From Convolutriloba macropyga (Eukaryota), in NCBI RefSeq assembly GCF_964194025.1, contig NC_134471.1:16802001-16866000 (forward strand): a DNA stretch of 64,000 nucleotides. The letters run 5' to 3'. The notes beneath the pieces are model-generated. The model was not told the origin of the DNA. It was given only the letters and a program-made list of their open reading frames with translations, and searched no databases. The position numbers were made by a program, and so were the translations under genes. Below are positions 36,877 to 50,400 of this stretch, one piece after another. Position 1 is the first letter of the stretch; every line of letters starts with the position of its first letter.

Positions 36877-37272
36877 TTTAATTGCTCTCGAAGAGAAGCA
36901 ATTATTGTAAATGTGTGTCTTTGCAAAATTTTTGCTTGACCGTTTTTTCAATTTTTCGGATGACTTTTACGCCCTTTAAGTTCTGTATTTTGTGTGATCT
37001 AAAGTTCGCTCATTCAGAATTTCAAGCACCTGAGCTCAATTGGAGGCAATTTAATACTAAAATTCAAATTGTAAGTGCGTCAAAACTGGTACCATTTTTT
37101 CACTTAATAGTGGTGTATATTAACCTCTAATGAGGTTATTTGAAGCCTTCTAGTGATTTTCTCAGTCCCATTCAGGCTGCTACCCCCCGCCCCCGACTTT
37201 AGCTGGCTGCAGTTGACTAGAGCTCCCTCTAGTCGCTCGAGAGCAATTCTTCCGCCGTTAGTCGGTTATGTT
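36877..37272 (+). mobile_element. Complete ~400 bp family C HINE-like element
   Basis: attgctctc 36881-36889 with partner gagaagcaat; 3' gagagcaat 37239-37247 + ccgccgttagtcgg + ttatgtt. Confidence 0.65.
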
Positions 37273-37404
37273 CGCTCTTTTGTTCTAGAAAATTCCACTT
37301 CGCAAGTGGCTTTTTCATGGTGCACTTTTCATTTTTTAGTAATCTTTAATTGATCTCATTGCTCGTTTTTAATATAAAAGTGATTTGAGCGGTTAAGGAT
37401 CAAA

Positions 37405-37560
37405 GCAGTTGTAGCTTATTGGTTAAGATGTTAGACTGATATCCTCGAGGTCGTAGGTTCCAACCCCTAGGAGCGCTGAGTTGTTGCATCCTTAAACAAA
37501 ATCCGAAATTAAAATCCTTCAGACCCAAGTTATAAGCAGTTTAATTGTAGCGGCTGCTAG
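37405..37560 (+). mobile_element. tRNA-derived SINE head or tRNA pseudogene
   Basis: A box tagcttattggt, B box ggttccaaccc at tRNA-like spacing, but acceptor and anticodon stems do not pair well; followed by gttgcatcctt SINE-body-like sequence. Confidence 0.55.
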
Positions 37561-38366
37561 TAGTCATTTTTTTCCAGAAAGGGCACTTTTTTTTTCTCTA
37601 TTAACTTTTTTTAAAGAAGTACACCATTAGGCAATAGGTACGTTTTCACTCCATTTTTGCATTTTATAGCAGTATAGTCTTTATTTTTTTTCTATTACGG
37701 TTCGATTCGATAGATGCGTTGAGTTGTTCTGCAGATGGATTTTTTGTTGGCTTTTGCTGTAAATGAGGGTTGTTTGTTGAGGGTTAGGTCAAGTTCAATT
37801 TGATACCTTTCCGGAATTATTCAGTGATTTTCATTTATGCGGTAACATTTTTGGTTCTGACTTTTTTACGCCACCTTCAACGCATTTTTGCTGACCCATT
37901 CCTGCTATAAAACCGAAAATGGTTCCTGACGTCATTTTCTGCGTTCTTGAATGTGAATAACTTTTGGCCAGACATAAATTACTTGCTCAATTTATTTGGG
38001 ACGACTTGTCAACTGAGGATTTCTCAATAGAATTTGAAGTTAATGTTGGGCTAGGTTTTTAGTTTGTTTTTAACATTTCTTACATCAGATATTTTAATTC
38101 AGGGAAAGAACAGAGCAACTGGTACAAAAAAACTAATTTTCTTTCCTATTTATTATTAGCACTTTTTACACCTGTTTTTCGATTTTTAAGTTCTATAAGA
38201 CTCACAGCTATTTCTGGCAACCGGTTGGGGATTCTCGGAGGTTTTTGTTTATTACATAAATTTAGACCGAACTTGGATTGATATAAAGGAAGCACACAAT
38301 TGCGTTAATATTTGGAACTAGAATTATATAAATTGTTTCAGATAAATTGTTTTGAAATTATCTGCC

Positions 38367-41122
38367 ATGAGTAGTAGCTCACAGATAGCTCAACGGCAGT
38401 TTGAGCTTGAGAATGAAATGGAACAGGTGAGCTCAATTGATCAAATTTTCAAGTACGATGCGGTGATGCAAGCAGACATGTTGAAGACTAAGCCCTGGGC
38501 CAAGGATCCCAACTACTTCAAACTTTGCAAAATATCAGCTCTGGCTCTGCTGAAAATGGTGATCCATGCGAGGTCTGGTGGAACAATTGAAGTGATGGGA
38601 ACTCTTCTGGGAAAAGTTAGATATAACTCTTCTGATGGTGTTCGAGTTGTGCTCTAATTGTATGAATTAGTACTGATTGGTGAAAATTTGTTGAAAATTG
38701 TACTGGCGTTATCATCGACGTAACAACTAATTGCGTAATTGGTAATCGTTAAACACAAATTATTTTCGCAATCTTCTCACTTCTGTTTGACAAACTAGTT
38801 GCTCCCAAGTTAGATGAAGGGTCTAACTTGTTAGAGCAAAGTGAGCCATTATGAGATTGTAGTCGGTGGACATTACTTCTATGATCTCGAAGTCTGCCTT
38901 ATGATAGCGCATTGCGTCTCCTGTAGTGTGATTGAACCGAGGAAACTGTTGCGGGGAAGTATCTAGTGGGGTTTTTTTGCATAGACATAGACATTACTTG
39001 GCGTCTCATTGTTTTTGAACCTTAATTTTTTTCTGATTGACAGGTAGATGGTGATACGATGATAGTGATGGACTGCTTCGCTCTTCCAGTGGAGGGCACT
39101 GAGACTAGAGTGAATGCTGCCGCAGCTGCCTACGAGTACATGACTGAGTACTGCGAACAGGCCAAGAAAATTGGTTAGTGCTGTTTACTTTTTCAAATTA
39201 TAGCTAGGTCGTCATTTGAAAAGATAACGCATCTAAAATGTCAAAACAAAACTGAAACGTTAACAAAAGTTCTCAACACTTCGATTTGTTGTTGTTTTGC
39301 TTTGTTTACAGGTAGGTGTGAGAACGTGATCGGCTGGTACCATAGTCACCCTGGCTATGGATGCTGGCTATCTGGTATAGATGTTCAGACCCAAATGTCC
39401 AACCAACAGTACACAGATCCGTTCCTGGCAATCGTTGTTGATCCCACACGCACCATCAGGTACGCTTTGTTGACATCCCTGAACTTATAAATTATATCCT
39501 TGGGTTAATTTCTTGATTAAAAAAGACCTTGAATGAAAACGTGATACACCTTGTTGAAATATCAAATTGTTATAGTAATTTAGTAAACTTCAGGTATCTC
39601 ATTGAAGACTTGATCAGCAAATTTTTGAAAAAATTGTGAAGAATCGTCGAATTTATGAAGAGATCTTGGATCTTGCTTCTTTGGACATATATGTACGATT
39701 TCTTTTTATATTAGTATGATGTGTCAATTTTGGTTTCGTTCGGAAACGAAATTCAGATTCAGATGATGTCAAAAATACTGATTGTGCTTAGTTTCTGTTT
39801 AGTGCTGGTAAAGTGAGTTTGGGTGCATTCCGAACATATCCAAAGGGATACCAGCCCCCGGATGCGCCCCCTTCTGAGTACCAGACAATTCCGCTGAATA
39901 AAATTGAGGACTATGGTGTTCATTGCAAGCAGTATTACTCGCTTGAGGTCACATATTTCAAGTCAACCCTGGACAAGCGATTGCTGGATCTTCTCTGGAA
40001 CAAGTATTGGCTCGATACTCTCAGGTATGTTGCTTAAAACTATTAGAACTGGCCCGCATAAGAATGATAAAAGGAATTTTTGACGCAGGTTAGGACTATT
40101 GATTTAAAATAATCGGATTTGTTCTGTTCCCCCCCCAGTGTTTTTACGCCCCCAGTTACAAATTATATGGTGTTATATAGCACGTTACATTGTAAAAAGT
40201 AGCACGTGCGCCTGGGGGCGTAAAAAATATAAGCCCACTAAGCTGGGGTGGGGGGTGCAAAACAGAATAGATCCAAAAAATCAATTAAACTCAAGGAGAA
40301 ACATTGAAACCATTGAACTCAACTAGGACTCTTTAAGCCTCGTTTAAATCAAGTTCTTGTGAGTCAATGACCGCTATAGATGAAGCATGGTACGAAAGAA
40401 GAAGTGGATTAACAGCAGCTAGTCTTTAACTCAAATATTAAAGTTTATCTCTAAATGCACAACAGGGCCATACCTGTCTAGGGTTCGACGAATACTAAAA
40501 TAGTGTACTAATTTAATCAGGTGACTGTTATCGTCTGTAGGTACAAACGAAGAGTTTGTTGAGAATCTGTGGATTTTTTCGGTTGCTTTGCGGGCTGAAA
40601 TCTTATTTGACCGATTTTCTTTCTGAGCGAAGTTATAAGTGTCTGCAGAAAAGAGTAGAGCATGTTACAAAATACATTTTATCAATAACTGAAAGTTAAA
40701 TGGACTACCTTTTTGTGATATTTAGCTCGTCAACTCTGACAGTAAACGCTGGCTACATCACTGGACAAATCAAAGATCTAACACAGAAACTGGAGTCATC
40801 AGATCTAGCGAGGGGTCTTGTTGGAACGGGAGACCTTTCTAGACAGACCTCAGGATCTGGTGCAGCTTTTGATCCCATCTCCATGCCAGACTACGGTGCT
40901 TACCCTCCAACTTCCAGTGGTAGAAACAACAGTGGAGGGGGCTTGCGTGAAGATTTACTTGATAAATACACTGCTGATTGTAGCAAGATGACAGTTGAAA
41001 GTGTCCATGCGTTAACATTGCAATTGCTCAAACACTCCCTTTTCAACCAGCCCTTGAATAAAGACGGTGTTAGTTTGGCAACCTCTAAACTAGCTAGTGA
41101 GAGCACTGATAAAGATACTTGA
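38367..41122 (+). CDS. COPS5: COP9 signalosome subunit 5 (JAB1); exons 38367-38615, 39044-39173, 39312-39459, 39803-40024, 40726-41122
   Basis: [52 protein letters not shown], intact JAMM motif [58 protein letters not shown]; GT-AG introns in phase. Confidence 0.97.
40115..40274. mobile_element. Small MITE (GGATCTATTCTG-CCCCC type); related copy at ~49270-49415
   Basis: ggatttgttctgttccccccc / gggggtgcaaaacagaatagatcc termini, inner tttttacgcccccag / ctgggggcgtaaaaa; shared cccactaagctgggg..cagaatagatcc at 49375-49415. Confidence 0.7.
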
Positions 41123-42325
41123 AAGTTTATCATCAAAATTTTTTTGAAGGCATGAATTAATGGAACAGTTTCATAACATTTCATAATGCATTTTAAGAAT
41201 GAAATTTTTCAGTTGATAAAATTTTCACTCAAGGTTTTACTAAAAAGCTCTTTGATGCTTTATCACCTGCCTGTAGCTTAATCAGAACACACTAATAATT
41301 TTAAAATTGTAAATAACATGAAAATGTTCCAGTTTTTCCTATGTTGTCAGTTGTTTGATGGAGATCTTGAAATCTCTTCGATAGTCTTTTTCGTTGATAA
41401 AACATGCTGTGAATTCACTTATTGAATAAATAGATTGGTTACTTACAATTTTTTACTTAGCTAGCTACTGACGAAGCCAACCGAGAGTAATTCGCTTGAC
41501 GTTAGTCGGTTATATTAATTGCCACGATGCGATATCGAGGCTGTTATCGGTCTCATGTTGGTTAATAATTCCTCGGGAACGAAGTTTGAAGCAATTATTG
41601 TAAACGTGTTGGTCTTTTTAAGCAAAATTTCTTGAGCGTTTTGATTTTTCGACTGACTTGTACGCCATTGACTTTTGCGTTCTTCGTGATGTCAAATGAA
41701 AAGTGCGCTGAAATTATTTAATTTTTTTACTTTAAATTTTATTAGTTGTATTAGAGGTATATAATAACCTCTAATGACGTCATTTGAAGGCCCCCTTTGA
41801 GAATTTAGCTACTGAAGCAGGCGGCCGTGGGTAAATTAGCAGCCGTGGTTAAATATAGAACTGCGAATAGCTGAGATTTTTTTGTTCAAAGTGTTTTCGG
41901 TTTATTCAACTCAATATTTTGATTGCTATTATTATTTGACAATGCCATCTTGATTAAAAACTGTTTGTATTGACTTGAATATTTTTATGGTACACTAAAC
42001 GTTGAATCTATTGCAGAGTGGAAAGTTGTCCTGATTGATAACTTAGCGTCGCTACCACAATTTCTTCCGGTTGTTTTTACGGCCGTAAAAGACGAGCAAT
42101 TCAGTTATCCTTGACTTAGCTGAGCTGTTTGCTAAGTCAGTTTTGTAATGAGGTGATTTTAAGTCTTGGAACAACTTGCGACTGTCTCAAACTCAAATGT
42201 TGGGGAGACCAAAATTGTTGACAAAAATTCCTGCTAAAAAACCTTTCTGACTGTTTTTAATGTCAGCGAAATGAAGTGGGTTTTGCTTACATTGAATGGG
42301 GTCTATTCATCAAAATTCTTTCCCA

Positions 42326-42573
42326 NNNNNNNNNNNNNNNNNNNNNNNNNNNNNNNNNNNNNNNNNNNNNNNNNNNNNNNNNNNNNNNNNNNNNNNNNNN
42401 NNNNNNNNNNNNNNNNNNNNNNNNNNNNNNNNNNNNNNNNNNNNNNNNNNNNNNNNNNNNNNNNNNNNNNNNNNNNNNNNNNNNNNNNNNNNNNNNNNNN
42501 NNNNNNNNNNNNNNNNNNNNNNNNNNNNNNNNNNNNNNNNNNNNNNNNNNNNNNNNNNNNNNNNNNNNNNNNN
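42326..42573. other. Assembly gap (248 N)
   Basis: Run of N. Confidence 1.
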
Positions 42574-45500
42574 CCGGCCTATAAACCAAATACACAAAGA
42601 AGGATAATCAAAACACGACATAAATCACAATCAAACATCGAAAAATATATGCATTTAATATATCCAACAATCAAATTAAAATTTATTCAAGGTTATTTTA
42701 GGCTGGGAAAGGACGCGCAACGAGGTCCCTAGACCTACTTTCCAGCGTGCCCTGTAATATAAACGTTGGAGTGGATCAACTTAATTTTTTTTTCAATCTA
42801 ATATTCTTGCCATTTTGTAAATGATTTCTTTGTTAGCAACCTTTTAACTGCTCGAAATTACTGCTCCACCAGAGCCCGGAGATAAGTACTTAAACTACAT
42901 CGAATTGAAACTTGTTTACAGCAGAGAGCAACGTTGCAAGTTAAAAATTGTTTTGTCAAATGGTCCTATGAAGGAGGAAAAAGTGACAAAAACTGTCTGT
43001 AGAAATTGAAAATGATTTTTGACAGCAGACATCGAATCGCGGTGCCTTCTACAAAGGCACCGCACAAATGTTTGCGTATACTTTTCAATTAATTTCAAGG
43101 AATTACCAGGAGTTGCAGGGATGTGACAAATTATCCAAAAAACACATTTGAATGAGTTCATAATTCTCTTGTATATATGAGTCCTTCAAGTTATTAGAGA
43201 TATCAGAGACTTGCTTAATGGTTGCATTTCCTACATAGTCAGGTATGAGAAATTGTATTTTCAACATATTAAACAATTTGGAAGCTCGGTGACAAATCGA
43301 GTTTCGATTCATTTTAGTTTTGCACAATGGAACTATCAGTAGCATCAAATCAGCGCGTCTAGTTGAATGAGTGCAACTTTCGAACTGAAAAATAGTATTG
43401 AGATAATTCTCGGAATGCATATGATTTAATGACTTCAAAACGAATCTTAGTAGTTCATAGATATGCAATTCGAACACAGTTAGTATCTTATTAGCCCTAA
43501 ACAAATCTTCACTATCATCATGACGTTTTCTGAAGTATATTACTTTGATTATTTTCTTTTGCAATTGATAAATCGGATAAATGGATGAGAAGCTACAACA
43601 CCCGTAAACAAGAATATCATATTGGATAATTGGGTATACCACATTCCTATAGTATTCATTCAATTGGTGACGCGAAAATTGTCTTAATTTGGATATTACA
43701 CCGCATTGTCGTCCAAGACGTTCAGTAACGGAACTTATATGAGCGTGGTAGGAGAGCTTTGAATTAATTTTCAATCCTAGATACTTACATTCATGGTCGT
43801 TTTTTATAAGACTAGATGCAAAATTAAACCTGAGACTGGAAGCACTTGCTTTTGTACTAATTTGAAACGTTTTACTGAAATTCAGCTTAAGTTTATTTGC
43901 ATTTAACCATCTTGCTACATTGTCAAGGTCTGTTTGAACATCTGATCTGGAGCAGTCTAATCCACATAAATTTGTATCGTCAGCAAACAGATACACACTA
44001 ACATGATTACAGGCTTTAGGTAAATCATTGATATAAATGAGGAACAACAAAGGTCCAGGAATGGAACCCCGAGGAGGAACACCACAAGTGATAATTAACC
44101 AATTGGATGATATTCCAGATAAGGTTACTCTTTGTGATCTACCACATAGGTAGCTATGGAACCATTTCCATCAATTATGGCGTATACCGTACCGTTCCAA
44201 CTTGTGGAGCAAATTTTCATGATCTAGTGTATCGAAAGCCTTTTTCAGATCCAGAAAGAAACTAACTGTCTCAGATTTACTTGATCTTATCCGTTCTGTG
44301 AGTTCAGCTAGGGCATCAATAGTTGAATGTTTTTTACGGAAACCAAACTGTTTAAAATACAAAAGATCAAAACCTTACAGATATTCGTTTACTCTCGTGA
44401 ACATCGCGCGCTCATATATTTTGCTCAAGACATTCAAAAGAGAAATTGGCCTATAATTATTCTCTTCTACACGTGATCCGTTTTTCAAAAGTGGAAAAAC
44501 GTTAGCTTTTTTGAGATCAGAGGTGAAAGATCCTTCGTAAAATGATACATTTATCCATGATGTAAGGTATTTGGTAATCACTGATCCCGCAGTCTTAACC
44601 AATATATTACTTATTTCGTCTTCACCTGATGACGATTTATTGGGAAGAGAGTTAATAATATCAATCGCTTGTGTTTCAGACACTGGGTTCATTCCTATTG
44701 ACATGTTTACATCACTAGGAAGTTCGATTGTCTCTGAAGGAATACTGTGCTTAATGTTTTCTTCAATGCTAACAAAAAAACTTCTCAGCTACTTCAAAGG
44801 TTGACGGATTAGGCTTGGTGTCTGATATACACGAAGCCAATTTAATAAAGCTATTATTCGGTCGGGTTTTTCCTGATGATTCGTTGAAAAGAGCGAACGT
44901 CTTTCTTGAGTCTCCTAAACAATTATCAAACATATTTTTATAGTAAATCCGCTTCGCTGATTTGACATTTTTTTCAAAACGAATTCGAATTTCTTTGAAC
45001 CTATATAGCAAAGGTAAATTAGATGGGTCTCTTTTCCATTTACTATGAGCCCGGTTGCGTTCAGAACGTAAATTCTTCAGCTTATTGTCAAACCATTTAG
45101 ACGTTAGGTTCTTTTTGCTCGGATTTATTTGTTTAAATGGAGCATAGTGCTCGGTAACCGCCAAGAAAACTTCATAGAAAGCAGTGAAGGAAGAAATACC
45201 ACTGTTCGATAATTTGGAAAAAGTTTTGTCACTCAAAACGAATAAATATTTTTCTACAAAACTTGGATAACGTAAAAAAGATGTATCTCTTACTATTTTG
45301 CTTTCATCTTCCGTATTTATTATAGCCCGTCTGAGCAAAACGGGATAATGGTCAGAGAAACTCTGATGATCTAAAATCTCAGTCTGCAACTAAATTTTGA
45401 TAGAAATGATCGATGCAAGTTGCTGAGCTATTTGTGACCCGGGTTGGTTCACTAGGTGTTATGCTGAAGCCATTTGAATGAATGGAATTTATGTATTTTC

Positions 45501-46910
45501 GGGTTAACAGATTGTTCTTCAAGATATTTATATTAAAATCTCCACCGATTACTGTTTTTTTTGAGCTAATGTTTCCCATAATTTGTCTAAGATTTCAGTG
45601 AATGCAATTTCGTTTGCCCTTGGTTTATTGTATTTTATCATTAATCATTTATTAAGTAGCCTTTTTTATCTACGTTAACAGACAATGACTCTTCAATGTC
45701 GCAATCAAGCACTTTTTGGAAGGAACAATTGTTTCTAGTTTCAATCATAAATCCACCACCTTTTGAGTCACCAACTTTCGATAAAAGATTCTGATAACCA
45801 GTAACTGAAAACGGTTTTGGATCGTCTTTTTCGGAAAGCCAGGTTTCTGTTAAACAATGTATGTCAGGAGGAGACTCAAGACTATACGCAAGTGCTTCCA
45901 GGTCCTCAAGGTGTTTTTTCAATGAGCGAACATTTAGATTTAGAACAATAAGTGAACTACAAGACATTGAAGCTTTGTTTTTAGGTGTATTCAATGGGCG
46001 AAGAGGTGGGAAAAATATTGCTGCGAGATGGTCGGAAACATTTCATAAATTCCGAAAAGTCATAATTCAGATTTCTGGCAGCGTCCAGTAAATCCAGCAC
46101 CCTGTATATTTTTATTTTCCTTCCACAGATAAAGAATTGTTCCCTCTCGTGTCCACGCTGACTCCACAAGAGAATCTCTCTTCATCATGGAAAGAAATTT
46201 GGCACTAGCAGGTGAAACATCTTCAAATATTTTTACGCTGTTAGTATTCGCTGATAACTTCTTGTTTCTTAAAATATCAGTCTTCACGACTCTACGGGAA
46301 AATCGAGCGATTATTGTACGCTCACCCACTTTGCCTCCTGGCAGTCTGTGGGCAGTCGAAATATCCCTCTCGTCAATTGCCACTACCAACGATGACGCGA
46401 CTTCAATAACCTTAATTATAACAGTGCCTTTTTCAGGTATAATAGCCCCATTGTCAATCTGTTCGACGTCTTCCTTCAAACCAATGATTCTTATATTCTC
46501 TCTCCTATTGTAATTTTCTATACTTTCAGCTTGAGACATCGCTGCAGCATTGTAACGTTCTTCTTGGTAGTATAAGGCGCCCTCAACTTGTCGAAGAATT
46601 TCGGTCTTTAGTTCTTCCTTGATTTGCTCAACAACCTGATTTGCTCAACAACAGCGCTTGGAATAGCCGCCTGAATTTCACTTCTTACTTGAGAGATTAA
46701 TTCATTTCGCCTTTGGCTGATACAGGTAGGAATGAAGATGTTGATCCGACTTTCAAACATCTTGTCAATTTTCGAGAGGAAATTTTCTTCATCAAAGCTT
46801 TCTGCTATTGGACTTGAGTCTGGTTTGGATCGTTTAGCGTCTTGCTTCCAAAGATAAAGCGACCAATTTTTGACGGTCAAGTTCAAGATCAGCTACAAAG
46901 TTGTTTTCAG
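42574..46910 (-). mobile_element. Near full-length decayed non-LTR retrotransposon (CR1/L2/Crack-like): ORF1, APE endonuclease, RT, 3' UTR
   Basis: ORF1 IENYNRRENIRIIGL..DISTAHRL..IFEDVS..SAWTREG (46060-46886); APE LNVRSL..CLTETWL, GGDFNI, TCIDH, SDHYPV (44769-45994); RT NYRPISLL, QFGFRK, FLDLKKAFDT, LFLIYINDL, LFADDT, KYLG (43103-44704); many frameshifts. Confidence 0.93.
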
Positions 46911-46939
46911 GTAGAGAAGATAATTCAGTGAGAAGATAA

Positions 46940-47130
46940 TTAATTGGGCTCGAACGAAGTTTGATGCAAATATTGTAAATGTTTGTGTTTGTTATGCAAA
47001 ATTTAATTGAATCATCGACTAATCGGAATTTTTTTCACCAATTCAAATTTACCAAAGCTACAGCTCCCTCTGAATTAAATTGCCCCGCCTGTCGTTCGAG
47101 TGCAATTTCTCCGATGATAGTCGATTTGTT
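46940..47130 (+). mobile_element. Degenerate family C HINE-like element
   Basis: taattgggctcgaacgaagtttgatgcaaat 5' and gagtgcaat-ttctccgatgatagtcga-tttgtt 3'. Confidence 0.5.
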
Positions 47131-47486
47131 TTGATTTTGAGTTTTTTGGCAAAAAAAGTATGAAGGCTCGCCATACTTATTTGGGAGAAAAATACTTATA
47201 AATTTGCAAGATTGTAATTGGGGTGACGTGAAAACAAGCGTGAAAGTTTGAACAAAACGTACACGTGAAGTGTTGAGAGAGAAAGCCTCAGAATTAGTGA
47301 CTGAGCGCGGCCAATTTGTTGCGTTTTATTTGCAGTAAAGTGGGGGTCTAATCATGTTTTTCTGTATACTTCAGGTTTTAATGTACATTTAATAGTTTTT
47401 GCTCTCTTACGGGTGTGAAATGAACTAAGTTAAATACAATCTTCCTGTCTGTCTCTGAGTGTCAGCCCTTTTTGGTTTGATTCGGA

Positions 47487-50400
47487 ATGCCGGCAGAATA
47501 TGGCGATGTGGAGTTCTTTGACGGAAGTGTTGGTATGTACACAATATCCCTACTAACCAAGGAGCAGAGGGGTAAAAAGGACCCTCTATGGGGCAGTGGA
47601 CTGGTAGTCACAAATCCGGACGTGGTCCAGCAGATGCACAGGGAGTACATAATGGCTGGATCTAGTGTGGTATCGACCTGTACCTATCAGGCGTCGCTGG
47701 ATCTCTACTGCCAAGAATTCAATATTGAGAGAGACGAGGCTTGTCAGAAGTTGGCCGACGCGGTTGTTATTGCCCGGAATTGTTTTGATGAAAAAGGTTA
47801 GCTGTAATTTCGGAACTTTTCCCTAATGAACAAAATTTTTGCTTACATAAGAATTTTGGAACAAACTAATGAACGTTTGATTTGTTATGCTTAGGTTGTA
47901 TAGTTTCATAGGAGGCGCGACATCGGGGAACCATTCGGAAAATAATTGAGATTATCATTTAACAGTGAAATAAGTTGCTAAATCAAGTTATGTAAATGTG
48001 ACAAGATTTAACGTTTGGGTACCTGTTAATGCGCGTCTATTACGTTTTTCTCACCCTCACTCGCCCCTTTTGTGCACCTCCCCTTTGGCCGAAGCCTCAG
48101 GTATTTAGTCATCAGACCTTTAGAGGAATGAATTCCAAGTCATGAAGACCAGAGCATCGGTGCTAAGACCATCTGGGGTCTAACTCTTTGAGGAGTCGAG
48201 TCCCGTGAGCCTCAAGTCTCCTTAAAACCATCTTTCGGGACTTAGCAGAGCATGTGTTGTCTGGACCAAACATGTAGTGTAGTCACTCTTTATCTTTTAG
48301 CTCTGCGATCACAGTTGCAACACTACTCTGTGATGTTATTTCTGTGACTACCACTACATCTATCTTGTCTGGACCTTACACAGTATTTCCTACTAGAGGA
48401 CTTTCATTTCAGATAGTTGTTGTGCGCAGGGATCACACACAGTTTTCTCATCCACTACTTATCAACGTTCAGTGAATACAGTGTAGCATTCATCTCAAGT
48501 TCCCTCACATCTCAACCATACTAACCTTGCGTTCGTTGCCTACTAACAAAGATTTCTGGTCGATTAGAGTTCGCAAGAGACTTACATTGGAGTCTAGCCA
48601 ATTCACTACTAAACGATCAAAACCTCATCTACTAGTCTCGATTTCACTTTCGTTACTTTGTTGACTTTCGAATCAGTTATCTTTGACCATCTATCGCATA
48701 TTGGAGACATTTCCAACAGTTGAAGTCAGCGAGACATGACTACAAGAGCCACTTTTGTTCACAGGGTCCCGCCAACAACCACTTTGGCTCCCTTCTTTCA
48801 AGGGCGCTATTCCGAGCTCTGCCTCAACTCCTTCATCTCAGGCTCATGCCTGCGCTGATGAGTATCGGGCTGACAAGGAATTCACAGCAAATTTATTTTG
48901 AGTCCAGGGTGGCTTGCTTAGGGCACACTCCTCAGACTATCTGCTTAGCTAACTTCCACTAACTGAGCTAGCAGTAGTTACCCGGGGGCACCGCGAGGAG
49001 GTTACAGATCACGTCTACACCCTGGGTTACTAACCCTCCCCACAAGGTTTTCGCCTCAGCATTGTGCTTCCATGTCCCCCCGCCCCTTTTGTAAGTTTTG
49101 TGACACTACGTATGAAGTCATTATATAACGATTGAGCGTGAGCTTGGAGCTGCATTTTATGTGACCCGGTAAGCATGGACGGGGAGTTTGTAAAAAGTTT
49201 CAAGTTTGAATAATCAATGATAGATTGTAATTTTATTTAATAGTGCTTAATTTGCTTTTTGTTGCTACATGCTAGGAAAACTTATGACCCCCCAGTTAAA
49301 AGTTATGTGTTGTTATATAGCTTGTTACTATGTAAAAATAATGTATGTGCGCCTGGGAGTCATAAAGCATATATTCCCACTAAGCTGGGGGGGGGGGGGG
49401 GGGCAGAATAGATCCGAAAAAATAAGTATAATTGTTTGCAGATAAAGATCGGGAGAGGAATTTCAAGGTTGCAGCAAGCATTGGCAGTTTTGGTGCTCAC
49501 CTGTGCGATATGTCTGAGTACACAGGTTCCTTTGCCCCCAATTACTCCATTGATGACATGATCACATGGCACAAGGAGATGGTGACTGCATTTACCAAAA
49601 CATCCCCAGGTGCGTGAAGTTTAAATGTTTGAACTCCTTAACTTAAAGCTTGAGTATTTCAATGTGACTATTGAAGATTTTTTTAGAAGAATATACAAGG
49701 ACAATTATTAATTTATCCAGGATTATTTCCGTTACTGTCTGTACGTCGTGTTGCATCTCACAGTCCTATAGCAGCTGCCTTTGCATAGTAAACACACTTA
49801 TGTTAACATATCTCGCAGGTTGCAATTAATAGCACCCACTCAACGGGGGGGGGGGGGGGGGGGGTTTGTCTCAAACTGAAAACACTTATGTATCTTTTAA
49901 GAAATATTTTTTTCGGTATCTGTTTTCCAAACAATTTTTGTGACCGAAGCAACTATTTTTAATTGCTCTCAAACCAAATTGCAGCAATTATACATATTAG
50001 TACCGTGGTCTTTTTCATGCGATTGTTCTGTTGACCGATTTTTCGTCTGACCCTTCAGACTTTTCGTCCTCAAAAACGGAATAAACAGGCAACTCCCAGA
50101 TGGCATTAAGTTCGGCGTACTAGGCTCTGAGTAGGGGATTTATCAAAATTGTTTTGGAGAAATAAATTCATGAGTTCCACTAAAAGCACTTTAGCATTTT
50201 TGACTTGTTTGGACTCAATTCTGCTCAGATATCAGTTAACAATATTAACTGTAAACAAGGAAAGTAGTAGTTTTGGAACCGTCGGTTGAGTTTATAAGTA
50301 TCAGTTTCAAGCCTTCAGAATAAGTAGTTTTTCAAGTTCAGTACAGGTTTTACAGGTGCATATTATTTGCCATGTGCAGGGTTTCTACATATTGTAGTCT

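Noticed and set aside
42271-42732. ORFs spanning the N run
   Set aside because: Artefacts of the assembly gap.
48845-48895. CTGATGAG as a Penelope-type hammerhead ribozyme core (also at ~8404)
   Set aside because: No properly placed GAAA with closing stems II/III.
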